Shown one piece after another: positions 13,567 to 25,372 of a stretch of 64,000 bases of DNA. Each line of letters starts with the position of its first letter. Positions within the stretch are counted from its first letter, which is position 1. A model generated the notes under the pieces. The model was not told the origin of the DNA. It saw only the letters and a list, made by a program, of their open reading frames with translations, and ran no database searches. The stretch comes from Calcarisporiella thermophila CBS 279.70 (lineage: Eukaryota > Fungi > Calcarisporiellomycota), in the NCBI RefSeq assembly GCF_041956535.1, contig NW_027192193.1, positions 921,192 to 985,191 on the forward strand. Reading direction: 5' to 3'. Both the position numbers and the translations under genes were made by a program.

Positions 13567-14185
13567 CTTTTTGTTTATATAGTTTCGTTTCAAGGATGAT
13601 GCTGGAAATCCCAGCTATTTTTAGTTTTTTATCCATTGTGGTCTTGCACCAATATTTCCCCTTCCCTCTCCTATTTTTCTCTTCTTCTACCTCTTCTCCT
13701 AAGTCTTTTTTTTATTTTAAATTACTGTGAATAGTAAGCGAATATCTCTATCTTAAGGGTATGAGACTGTTTTGATTTCCATTCTTTATGCATCCACCAA
13801 AACTGCAATGAATGAGGCTGCAATGTGGACGTCTCATTAGCACTTACTCGTGAACCAAATTCAAAGAAGTAGGAATATGAGAAAATCAGTAGGAAAAAAA
13901 GGTATTATTCCAATTTCAAGTACGCGTAAAACGAACGAAAAGGGTCAAACAAATAGAACAGGCAAAATCAATTAAAACAAACCTAAATAAAGCGCGGAAA
14001 TATATATATATATATAAGAAATAGGGAAAGTATTTTTCTATATAGAAAAGGAGGGGGATTATGTTCGCATAGAATCATATAAAAGGGAAATGGTATTTCG
14101 ATAGATATATGGTTTGGTTATGGAAAATAACAATTATACCAATGGATATCGCTTAGGAGTATACATGCTCGCACTTACAGGCCCC

Positions 14186-15976
14186 TCACGGCTCCAACAC
14201 GCCCCATGCTCTTAAAAATCCCGCATTGATAACAAAGAGAAAGAGAATGGTCCCGATCCAAAAGAGCTTCTGGTCCCAGGTCAGCTCGCCAAATGGAAGG
14301 GTGGGGGTTGACGGGGCATAGACGGGAGAGGCGGGCTGACCATTCACTTTGAGGGCGGGCGGGTAAGTCGACTCCCACTTCGGATGACCGGGGAGCTCGA
14401 CTTGTGAATCATGTAATCGAGCGAAGACGGCGGGAGGAGCATAGGTCTCCTCCAGGAAGTCGGGGGGCAGAGGGGCAAGGAGTGAAGTCTCGAGCAACCC
14501 TTGAGCAGTTGGGGAGCCTTTAGGGATTGGAGGAGAGGCATCGACCAGCTGACGTCCGGCATGGGTTGTCATCTCATGCACGGTCGACTGAAGCCTTTCC
14601 ACTTGTGCCGCTAAAGTCATAATCTTGTCGCGTGCCTTGACGATCAACATATCATTGGGGATATTATCCCCGTCGATGTTGCCAGTTTCTTGGGTTGATT
14701 TGACTGGACTTGAGGCGGCAGTGGAGGGAACCGAGGTCAGAGTAAGGAGGTCGGTAAGTGCGAGGAGTTCCTGCCGAGCCATCTGGAACTCAGGATTGAC
14801 ATCGGCACCAGAAAATTCCTTATGCCCCCCTATGGATTCTGAGGTCGCAGGCTTCGGGTCTAAAGGCACGTTCCCGCCAGATTTTTTCTCAAGCAACTCC
14901 GGACGGTTCACGTCGCCATGCTTCGCAGTGCCATTTTGGGCGGTGGGGTCGGACGGCCTGTCACCACTAGGTTTGGCAGTTTGTGTGTCTTTCCTTTTCT
15001 GAGAATGGGGCTCTTCCTCACTGCTCATACCGAAAGGGTACACCTCTTCCCAAATGGCCTTGACAATGACATCCTCGTGTTCCTTAAGCGCAACAACCAG
15101 TCGGTCTCTTTCCCGCGTGAACACACGCCTAAGCCTCTCGAGTCTCCAGCTCAGGTTCTCTACGTGTTGGCCCAAATTCTCGAGCTCCTCATTTTTTTTG
15201 GAAAGCAGCTGCCGATACAACTTGATAACGGTTGCTTGCTGCCGATTGCGTTTCTCTTTTGTGTTGTACATGTCGCGCAGCGCTCGGAGTTCCTCCTCTC
15301 TGGCTGCCAGGGCATCACGATAGTGATGAGAGCGGTTCAGATCCTCGGAGCTGTGGTCACGGCGCATGTGGACACGGCTGGATTTTGTTTTTGTTTCAGG
15401 GCTGAGGCTCCGTCTGCGCCGTGAAGCGGCTAGGGGAGGGAATTTCTCTTCAAGCTCGCGCAGGCCAATGCCTCGCTCGCTCAATAAGCGATGAAGTTCC
15501 TTTTCCACAGCCTGGGTTTCTCGTTCGAGGGACGAGGCTCTAAGGCCGATTTCAGGAGAGGATTTCACAGTGAAAAGCGAGGGTCTTCTTTTGATTTCCG
15601 AAGCGAATCTCTCCTGTACATTCTCCTCCTCTACCTTCTCAGCTAATTCCTTGGATTCTTCCTCGTCATCTGGTAATGACTCCAGCCGCGCCTCAGTCAG
15701 GGCGCCATTTTCGTCGGCCGGCATTTCGCCTAGAATAATCGCGCCCGAGGGTATGGGTGGGTGTATTGAGTGATGGTGATGGAGGGGATCGGCGGGATGG
15801 GCCGCAAGGGGGGGCGGAGGTGGAGGGGCGCCAGGGACAAAAAAAGGAGGCGTCGGATAGGGAGGAAGGCTGTGGTGGTGATGGGGGAAGTATCCCGGCG
15901 GGGAGGGGGGGTAGAAAGCCTGGTCAACACGCATGAACCAGTGGCGACGCCCTTGCCTCGTATAAGAGGAATCCAT
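14186..15976 (-). CDS. Hypothetical coiled-coil protein with Pro/His-rich N-terminus and C-terminal transmembrane anchor; intronless
   Basis: Long open frame with first ATG at 15976. Heptad-rich segments (REEELRALRDMY..LSWRLERL) and hydrophobic C-terminus LFWIGTILFLFVINAGFL. Confidence 0.75.
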   Translation of the reverse strand: MDSSYTRQGRRHWFMRVDQAFYPPSPPGYFPHHHHSLPPYPTPPFFVPGAPPPPPPLAAHPADPLHHHHSIHPPIPSGAIILGEMPADENGALTEARLESLPDDEEESKELAEKVEEENVQERFASEIKRRPSLFTVKSSPEIGLRASSLERETQAVEKELHRLLSERGIGLRELEEKFPPLAASRRRRSLSPETKTKSSRVHMRRDHSSEDLNRSHHYRDALAAREEELRALRDMYNTKEKRNRQQATVIKLYRQLLSKKNEELENLGQHVENLSWRLERLRRVFTRERDRLVVALKEHEDVIVKAIWEEVYPFGMSSEEEPHSQKRKDTQTAKPSGDRPSDPTAQNGTAKHGDVNRPELLEKKSGGNVPLDPKPATSESIGGHKEFSGADVNPEFQMARQELLALTDLLTLTSVPSTAASSPVKSTQETGNIDGDNIPNDMLIVKARDKIMTLAAQVERLQSTVHEMTTHAGRQLVDASPPIPKGSPTAQGLLETSLLAPLPPDFLEETYAPPAVFARLHDSQVELPGHPKWESTYPPALKVNGQPASPVYAPSTPTLPFGELTWDQKLFWIGTILFLFVINAGFLRAWGVLEP

Positions 15977-16196
15977 TGCGGCTATAGATCTGAAGGTTAT
16001 GTTTCTTCTCGAACCTAAAATCAAAGTAGAAATTAGGGTGACGTTTGCAAGTAACATTAGAGATCTTAAATTTTTGGGTGGGGGAGGCAAATTTATTTTC
16101 CCTTCCTTTTTCTTTCTCGTCCAGCATTTCTTGCCTCCACGTATTCTATTGTATTATATTAGTCATTCCACGCAATATTGACGTGATAGAAACGCG

Positions 16197-17954
16197 ATGG
16201 AAAAGGTTCCTACGGAAGAAATCCCGATACTAGATGCTCTGGTCGCTATCCGACATCGCCTTTCGGCAATGAAACGTGATCGCGACTCCTATATCCGGAC
16301 ATCGGACGTGCTCTCCGTGTATGACGCCGTACTGGGTTGGTATTCTCCCTCTGGGCCCACAGCCCATTTTGACTGGCTCGTGTTTACCCTGTATGTTAAT
16401 ACGGTCTTTTGTGCCTCTTCTTTTGTCCCTGCAGCCCAGGTTCAGCGACTCTATGATGTTCGCCACTCTTGTTTATCTTCCGAGACAACGGAGGAGAAAT
16501 TAAGCAAAAAGAACCGCACCGATGACGTTCTTGACGATGTAATCCAACTACTCTCCTTGTTTTTCATGGCCGTGGGAAAAAATCGCGAGTCGCCTGCTAC
16601 TTACGTGCAATTGGTTACAATCAAAGTAGGACCTACATTTGGCGTCTTTTTCTTCCTTTTGCATCCAATTAAGGTTTCGCTTCGTTTAAAACATTATAGC
16701 AATTCTTGGGTTACGTGAAGGAAAGGGCAAGGTATACGAAAGGTAATTACACTAGATATTTTTAATTTTCTTTTTCTCTGTGATTACCGGCTGAATTGCA
16801 ATAATATTGCGTAGAGGATCTAGAGCCTTATCGGAAAAGGCTGCAAGAACTAGATAGTATTATAAAAGCAGACGAAAAGAAAGAAGAAACCCCTGAGCTC
16901 TTTATCAAGCTGATACGGAGCAGATACGCCCAATGCGGTATGCTGGTGTATCAGATACATTCACATTGTACCAGTGTTAATGGTTATTGGTGTAGATAAA
17001 CTCTTATCCGAACTCGAGCAATCTCTTGATTCAATCAGCCCAGAGCTCCTACCCCTTCGCACTCGCCTTATTGATCTTCGCCGCCACCTTGCTCTGTTTG
17101 CCGTACGAGGTGACTGCACCGCAGACGACATTAAGCCAATTCAAGCGAAACTTCGTGAAATTGATTCTTCGAGGGTGGACGGTAAATTCCTGGGACCGGA
17201 TGGCTCAGTTCCTGCGGGACAAGCCGTTGTAGTGGGCCTTCTAGAGGAATGCTTTGAGGAGTCACACAAGTATGTCTACTTTACAAAGCCGTGCCAGGAC
17301 TTTTTTATTTTAACTGATCATGTTATAATCTAGCCTGTTGGCATTCCAGGGCGATTTAGATTACTCGCTTCGGCCCGTCGGCGAACGCCTAATGGATATA
17401 AAGACGCAGCTTGACCGACTTCTCTTGACCCATCGATGGACCCTACGAGAAACCGATCTTTGGACTTACCAACAGCAACTTGCCGAGATCAACTCGATGA
17501 GGAAGGACGGGAAATTCCTCGACTCCTCCGGCCAGCCAGCTAGAGGTCAGGCGTTGCTAAACTATTTATTGTCGAAGTGCTATCATTTGATACACAGGCT
17601 GCTATCGTCAAGCGAGCCGGTCGCCGAACCGCTTGTTCCAATCCACAACCAGCTCTTAACAGTAAGAGGGTGTCTTTTAGAAGTGAAGAAATGGGGCGGG
17701 CCATTTACTGGTATGCGTTTCTCTTTGTCCCTCCTTTCTCCTGTGAATTCTCCTTACGTATATATATACACATAGCTCGCGAACTCTATCCTTACCAGAT
17801 GAAACTCGCAAGTATAGACAACATGCGAACAGATGGAAAATTCCTCGATCCGGATGGAAACGTACCCGAGGGTCAGGCAATTTGTATGGCCCTTCTAAAC
17901 GAGTGCTATGACACGCTCTACGAACTAAGATCTAATGTGGTAGAGGAAGAGTGA
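16197..17954 (+). CDS. CUB1: Cub1/YPL260W-like protein (DUF2408, UPF0662); multi-exon
   Basis: MEKVPTEEIPILDALVAIRHRLSAMKRDRDSYI, SLFFMAVGKNRESPATY, LLTHRWTLRETDLW, three R.DGKFL..G..P.GQA repeats, RELYPYQMKLASID. Confidence 0.9.
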
Positions 17955-18474
17955 AGGGTTCAGTGTACCTTACTTGTTTTTCGTTTGTTTTTTTTGTACA
18001 ATGCATACCATTTTGTAACGCTTTATTTATACATATATACAACCCACTTTTCCTTTTTCTTTTGTCCATTTCTAGTTTCCATAGTAGATGATGAATGGTT
18101 CACTTAGCCGTTTTTTTCCGCTTTTCCTCTTATCGTTCATAAATTCATATTCACTTTTTTTTCTCCAAAGCAATCTAATCCATATTTTGAAGTAAGCGAT
18201 TGTATTATCATTACACATGCGAGGGGAGGGGGGGGGGATGAGACATGCCGCTTTGTATATTATCAGAGCTATTTTGTAATCTAAGATAGCTGAACTCTAG
18301 ACTAGACTCTCTTCCCATCCCTTTCGTCCGGTTGAAAAAATCTTCGGAATGTGCTCAACGGCGTGTTGATTATTGCGCTAATGTCAGGGTGCAAGGAAAA
18401 AATACGGGGCCACATTATTCCACATGTTCAACCAAATTAACCAAACATCTTAGGCCAGGACTGGCGTTGGATAA

Positions 18475-20241
18475 TCACCTAAATACTGAGGACCCACGCT
18501 GCAAATGCTGAGGCTCAGGGGTGGAGGTATACTGGAGCCGCCGGCGCTTGTGGCGTTCCAGATAGGGATCATATTCCGGCTCACCGCTCTAGTTTAAGAA
18601 ACAGCAAAATGGAGAAACGTCAGCGGGAGATAGAGTATACTAAGGGAAGCGAGCAAGCCTACCCTCGATGATCCGGCCATCGCATATTCGCCCTCTATTT
18701 CGGCAGAGCGCCGGTACTACAGTATGGTGTATTAAATAGAAATCAATATTTGAAAAGTTTGTTTCTTTGGATCCCTGAAGCAGTATTACCATTCGACTGG
18801 TCCTTTGTGGTGCATAATGCGGCTCTACAGAACTGAATCTGGCCACGGGCTGATCAATGGCTTGAAACCTCCTCTCATTTTCGCTTGGGATTCCATGCAA
18901 TAATTCACGCTGATGGCCAGCTCCTCTTATGTCTATGACCTCGGATTCGGCTCTTGTGTTGCTTCTCATTTCTTCTCCCAGTCTAGCTTTCGTGTTCACT
19001 TCTCTTTCAAACCCAGCTGGCACCGACGAAAATCTCGTTCGTCTTAACCTAACTTCTCCAGGCCCATTATACTTTGAGGGCATGGGCTTATACTGTTGCA
19101 TAGGCCGAGTCCTCGAGCCCTCTCGCAGAGCATCGTTGTGCTGGCTATCGATGGCAGAGACCACTCGCCGTACCCTCTGATTGTCAGGCGTCAGATCCCA
19201 GATAGCTGGGTAAGTTGGTCGCTCCCGTAGAGAGGCAGAGCGACGGAGCGTCTGCTGCTCAATGCGAGACGCTAGATGAGGATCAAGCTGCTCACGCCCC
19301 CAAAAATGGGAGCTATTCTCTGGTAAACTCTTGCTAATCCCATCACGTATTCCAGCAGTATCGATTGGCCTAGCACTTAGCTTTGGAAAAGGGATCGGCT
19401 TTGTCCCAGCCATAAATTCCAAATTCCGAGATCGGGTTGCTTTGGAGAGAGGCGAAGTCCGGTGTATAACAGGCACGCTAGAATGTCTGACGGTTGACCT
19501 CTGGAATATTGGTGCTGGCTCGTGTACATCCACGTGAGGACGAGTCCGAGGCCTATCTAGAGGTTCAGCACTACGTCGTTTCGGGTGGGGTTCTAAAAAC
19601 TGGTAGTTTGACCTTGCATAATGGTTATTGAGCGGTAGCGATTCGCGAAAAAAAAAAGAGTAGCTTACATTTTTTCCTTCTGTTTGCGAACAAATTGTAG
19701 CTTGAAAAGATATTTGTGGTGTCGCGTGTGGAACGGTGTTTCTTTGCCCGCACGATTGAAAATCCACGTATCCTTTAACCCATATTTTGTTCTTGCTATT
19801 AAGATTGGATACAAAAAAGAGAGCGGAATGTAAGAATATTGAATGGGTTGAATTTGATTATGGTCTGCAAACATACTTGCGTGAAGAATATATTGCGTCG
19901 ATTGGATGACAAGTTTTTCTTCCCATGAAAACTTCACAACAGCAGCTACCACTCTCTAGCATACATTTAAGACCAATTGATATGCCAAGCTATTTCAAAC
20001 AAGAATACGCACCTGAATCTCTTTCTGTAATTCCAAATTATTATCGTATAGTGCTCGATTAATGAGATCATTTTCGCTATCGACAGAATTTTAGAAAGAT
20101 TCACAAAAAGTTAGTTGAACATTTTCCTACACGTGAAATCAAAAGGAGGCACCTGTAGAAATCTAGAGCAATCTGTACTGCCTCTGTATCGTTGATTATC
20201 AGGATGCGGCGCTCCGGTATTTTGAAGGCCTCGAAAGGCAT
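18475..20241 (-). CDS. Hypothetical protein: ~120-aa folded N-terminal domain plus long Arg/Ser/Pro-rich disordered tail; ~7 exons
   Basis: Four short exons splice in frame (MPFEAFKIPERRILIINDTE..HKYLFKLQF) into ORF 18640..19767, followed by two terminal exons ending at a TGA near 18475. Confidence 0.7.
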
Positions 20242-20369
20242 CTCGGTTATAGAAAATTATACTGGATTTTTTTTTCGAACGCGTCGCGTGGAAAACGAAT
20301 ACGTGGCACAGTTATAGAAGTAAAGAAAATTCAGCTCTCCTCTGCGTTCTTTTCCGTATTCAACCCACA
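20242..20369. promoter_or_regulatory. Bidirectional promoter with MCB-like ACGCGT plus an adjacent CGCG
   Basis: 128 nt between divergent ATGs; contains tttttcgaACGCGTCGCGtggaaaa. Confidence 0.55.
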
Positions 20370-21238
20370 ATGCCTGAGACAAAAAGCGGTAATGTCTCCT
20401 ACATTCCGCACCAGATGAATGACATGAATCTAAGCACATTCTCTCTTTGAAATATAGACACCTCAAAAACATCCGGGAATACTGATGAGATTCGAGTGAG
20501 TAAGTGGAATCTATCGGAGCTAAGAATTGCTTGCGATGACCACATTAGCAAGGTAGAATACCCTTTCTTTAGAAAATAAAAATCCACATGTGCAATTTTA
20601 TTATCTTACTTATCTATGTTGTTATTATAGTACTTGACCGAAAAGTCTGGCTACGTCCAAAACTTTCGTCACGTCGATATCCGTCTGGCTCTTGGCTATA
20701 TTGCAAGCATCTTAGCTATTTATGCCTTCTATCATGGATATGTGCACTCGTTTGAAGAGTCTAAACTTGTCGCATGGGTTTGCGTTGTGGGGTATGTACA
20801 TTGCTATTTTCACTTCTTCATCACGAATGATAGATTTCTTAGATGTGTTTCATTTAGGTACGCGGTCCTCAGCTCCGCCTCCATCCTCTACTCTTACTTT
20901 GTAGAAAAGCACTGTATCTTTGAGGGAACAAAAAAGGGTGCTAAAGTAAGCAGATTTTGTGATGTTTCAACAAATGGCTCTTGTTTAAGTGTGCTTTACC
21001 GTTTCTTTAGACACCTTTCAAACTCTGTATTAATGCGCATCATAAGCGGTACTCTGACGTTTACGAGATTAATGCCACACTGACCAAGTCAAGCGATAAT
21101 TCAAAGCCTATTAACAACTCCATTTCGCGTTCATTTAGCGCGTGGTTCGATACCGAGGGTCGGCTTGTCGAATCTGCATTGGAGGAGGAGCTAAGAGCAC
21201 TAGTCGAAAAGTGCGAAGCAGGGCTTCACCAAGAATAA
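20370..21238 (+). CDS. SPC2: Signal peptidase complex subunit 2 (Spc2/SPCS2)
   Basis: VSKWNLSELRIACDD, GYVQNFRHVDIRLALG, two TM segments, and C-terminal SFSAWFDTEGRLV. Confidence 0.88.
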
Positions 21239-21867
21239 GCCAATACACTATTTTATTTTTGTTTACTTTGGAAAGAAAATGAACGAGATGCGATTTGTTA
21301 ATTGTTTTGATTTCTTGGATCTACACTATAACAACCTTGCTTGGTAGAGGGAAATGCCATCCAAGATAGCGTTTGAGGAAAAATAAAAAAAATGCAGGCG
21401 ATGAAAAGGTTTTTATCTGCATGGAAAAGTGAGGTGAATTAGCTAAGAACTATTCATGGATAGGGCCTTTTACGTTCATTGTAAAATGCATATCTCAATA
21501 CTTTTGAGAAGCTTGCTGAATCGCCTTGAATTCAGCAATGGATTATTGGGTTTACTTCTCCATCCATCAATGTTAAAGTTGGAAGGGCTGGATGAAGTAA
21601 AACGGAGAAATAACGTAATTGACTACTAATGATACTGAATACACTCCATTTCAACGTTTTCTAAAAAAAGTGGAAATTTTCATGAAAACCAAGGAAAAAG
21701 AATAATGACCTCAAAATCTAAAATGAGGCATGATCCTGGCCCAGTATAAAAGAGGATGGATAAAGAGGGCCGTGTGGTTAGTAAAAGTTCGATTCCAACA
21801 ACTTCCAGCTATCTAAAGAAAAAACAAATCCTATCCTTTCTTTCTAATACTTCTCTCCTTAAGCAAT

Positions 21868-23037
21868 ATGATCTCGAAAGTTTTGATCATTTCTTTCGTT
21901 TTACTCAACCTTTCGTCTCTTGTGTTTTCTCACATGGAGATGAGATACCCTGCTCCTCGCCGTAGCAAATATAGCCCGTTTGTATAAATGGCTTTGCCAC
22001 CGGAAATACGTGTTGATTTTCTTTCGTTATTATAGCTATTATAGAAGCAAAGGCCAGATTGATTATGATATGAACGCTCCTCTTAACCCGAGACAAGTAG
22101 CAAATGTCAATTTGGCAAATAACTAAATCTCTAATTTTTTATTTGATATATAGTGGCCATTCCCGTGTCGTGGGTATCCTGTTGGTCCTGCTGAGGTTAC
22201 TTTCAAGGCTGGGCAGAGTTTACGTGTGATACTCGAAGGGTCTGCAACACATGGAGGAGGTAATATTGATCCTATTCAACTTGATCAACGTTATCTCATT
22301 AAGTGTACAATAAGGACACTGCCAGTTTGCCCTCCAATATAACAATGGGCCTTTTGTTGTTTTCGAGACATTCATGGAGCGTTGTCCGCTTGATAAACAG
22401 TATACTGTTACTATTCCTTCTACCGCTCCCGCCGGAAACGCAGGTACATAACTGAGATTGTCTCTGTTATTAAAGATTATAAGAGTTTACTGAGAATTAT
22501 TTTCTTGTTATCAGTGTTTGTATGGACCTGGGTAAATGCCATCGGAAATCGTGAATACTATATGGTCAGTTCGAATTTTCGTAGATGCAGTTTTGCTAAG
22601 TCCTTAAAACTTTCCTCCACTTCAATATAGAACTGTGCAGATATTATCATTGAAGGTGCTAGCAGCTTTCTATTAGAGAAATTCCTTTGAATCTCTCTTT
22701 TGACTCTCTATTTGAAATAGGGCCATCCAAGTCTTGCTTGAAAGGGAAAGAGCTGGCTGTAGTTAATTACCCAGGCTATCCCACCATTCCTGAATTCTCC
22801 CAGGACCCAAGTACGTTGTGGTCTTATCTTTATTCACCTCTGTATTTCCTTGCGATTAAAAATTTGGACTATTTGGATCTAGCCCACGGTCGTAAATACT
22901 TTGATAACCGTAAAGATATTGAGGTGTGTGTCGGACGCACTGGAATTGCAGCTGACAAGGGAACGAGGAAATCCAAGCACCATAAGAGGCCGAAGCAGAC
23001 GCCTACGGCTGAAGGAAACATGTCAATTGAGAATTAG
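21868..23037 (+). CDS. Secreted AA11 lytic polysaccharide monooxygenase, copy A; 8 exons
   Basis: 21-aa signal peptide followed by His1 (HMEMRYPAPRRSKY), FPCRG, ATHGGGHCQFALQY, WTWVNAIGNREYYMNCADI and VNYPGYPTIPEF, the AA11 motif set. Confidence 0.88.
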
Positions 23038-23903
23038 TCCCCTATATTTCCAACGCACTGGTTGCTAAATATGACATATATGTTGCTTGAATAACGAGAT
23101 ATCATTTAGTTAATTATGTTTGCCTTCACAGTTATATTCTTTCCCTTCCTCTCCTATTGTTGTGTCTAGCTATTTTATTTGTGTCAGATGAAGATCAAGC
23201 TCTATAATTCCTGAATAAGAGGTTCACTCTTCTCTGTGAATCTGAATAATTGTCTCCGATTAACTCCTTTTTTCGTTACTTGAGGGAGCATTGAGTGAAT
23301 ATTGAGAAAAAGAATTCGTACGTATCTCCATCTCTTTGCAATTGAGGCTAAATTGCCTCACATGATTCATAATTAAATTGCCTATTTGATGCTGGCCACA
23401 CAACTCAAGATTATCATATTGAATAGCTCCCATATTTCACCTCTATAAAATTCGTGAGATCTATCCTTCTCCGATCAACCTCCCCAATGTAAGCTTTACA
23501 TAATCATTTTCAACCTGAGTTTACCTTCCCTTGTCACGCGAGATAGGTTTGACAGAAAACAGTTACACCGTAATTATTCTAGGTGTCATCTATCGAAAAA
23601 TCTTAACTTTAGCATTCTCAAATGATAAAGAGGGCCAATCGAGGTTGGTCGATTATCCCAGCCTCTCTTGTAAATGAAAGTGCGAGAGAAAAGATAAAGT
23701 TACTGGGGTTGAAGATCACGCGTCTGCGCATGCCCTCAAATATTCCACCCATCATCGCACAAATTGTTAGAGGATTAATATAAAAGGGCCAGCAGGTGTT
23801 TGAAGATGTGCCTACTAACCTATAGTAGAAACCTCTCGCTCATTCTTCATCTTTCTCCTAGACAAACTATCTTCACGCTCCTTAAGATTGTCGTATTAAA
23901 GCA

Positions 23904-25147
23904 ATGTTCTCCCACTTGATCCTATTTTCTCTTGCTCTATTGGCACTCTCAACTGCCGTTTTGGCACATATGGAAGTGGCATATCCCCCTCCCCGTCGAA
24001 GCAAATATAGCAAGTAGGTTAACATTGGGGTTGTCTCGTGTCTTTAGGTAATAATGGAAATCATTTCCACTTCCGCAGCTACTATAAGAGTATTGGCCAA
24101 ATTGATTATGATATGAAGAGTCCTTTGAACCCTGACCAGGTAATACATAGCATCTTAATGCAAGATATATACTATGGGTTAAACTTTTCTTGATAGTGGC
24201 CCTTCCCTTGCCGTAACTTCCCAGAGGGTCCTGCAGAAACAACACTTAAAGCAGGCTCCAATATTCAGGTGCAAATTGTGGGAACGGCAACCCACAATGG
24301 AGGTGAGACCGGAGAATCTCATGAGTACATATTGGATAGTTATAACTGGTGCTATTTGATATAGGGCATTGCCAGTTCGCACTTCAATATCCTGGCTCCG
24401 ATTTCGTCGTATTCCACACGATTATGGAGGAATGTCCGCTTTCGAAAAATTATACTGTGCCCATTCCCGCCTCCGCACCAGCTGGAAAAGCGAGTAAGTT
24501 AACCACTTCTAGGCTCCATCCTACAATCGACACTAAATTCTCTTTAAAGCTTTTGCCTGGACTTGGGTGAATGCGTTGGGGAATAGAGAATATTATATGG
24601 TTTGTCCCGTATTGGATTCACAAGCTCTGTGCCCTATGCTTACAGAATCTTTATTTTCGTAATTGAATAGAACTGCGCTGACGTCAATATTGATGGTGGT
24701 TGACAAACATGAAATGTTGCAGCATTATCCCCTCAATCCACTAAGTACTTCTTCTTATTATAGGACCCACTAAATCTTGCATGAAAGGGAAGGAGCTTGC
24801 CGTTGCTAATTATCCAGGTTATCCAACTATTCCTGAGTTCCATAAGGATCCAAGTGAGTTGTCCAAAATAATATTTTATTTCCATAGCATATTCTCCTAA
24901 ACTCTGAATTAATTCGGACATAGCTCATGGGCGCAAGTATTTCGACCAACGTAAAGACACACAGGTATGCAACAGTAAGAGCGCTACCAACCAAATCAAA
25001 GGGAAATCAACAAAGAAACCAAAGAAAGCCCCCATCTCTCCTGGTACTAGCCCCAAGACTACGAATTCAGTTAAACCCAACAATAGCAAAAAACTCTCCC
25101 CAACTGCTATTCGCGGCTTTGGTGGACAAGGACATCGCCACAATTGA
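23904..25147 (+). CDS. Secreted AA11 lytic polysaccharide monooxygenase, copy B; 8 exons
   Basis: Signal peptide then HMEVAYPPPRRSKY, FPCRN, ATHNGGHCQFALQY, WTWVNALGNREYYMNCADV and ANYPGYPTIPEF. Intron positions match copy A. Confidence 0.88.
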
Positions 25148-25372
25148 GTGAGGGTTACCACTGTGTTTGTAAGTTTATTTTACGCTTTTCAGTAAATAAA
25201 TACTAGAACCTCTCAATCAGAAATTAAGTTTATTAATTTAAACTCAATTTCAACTCTACCTTGAATGTTAATAAACGGAGTATTTGCTAAACCAAATGAT
25301 ATTTTTTCCCCTTTCGTTATACTCAGAATTTAAAATGACACAAGGCAGAAAAAAAAATACAAACTACAAAAT

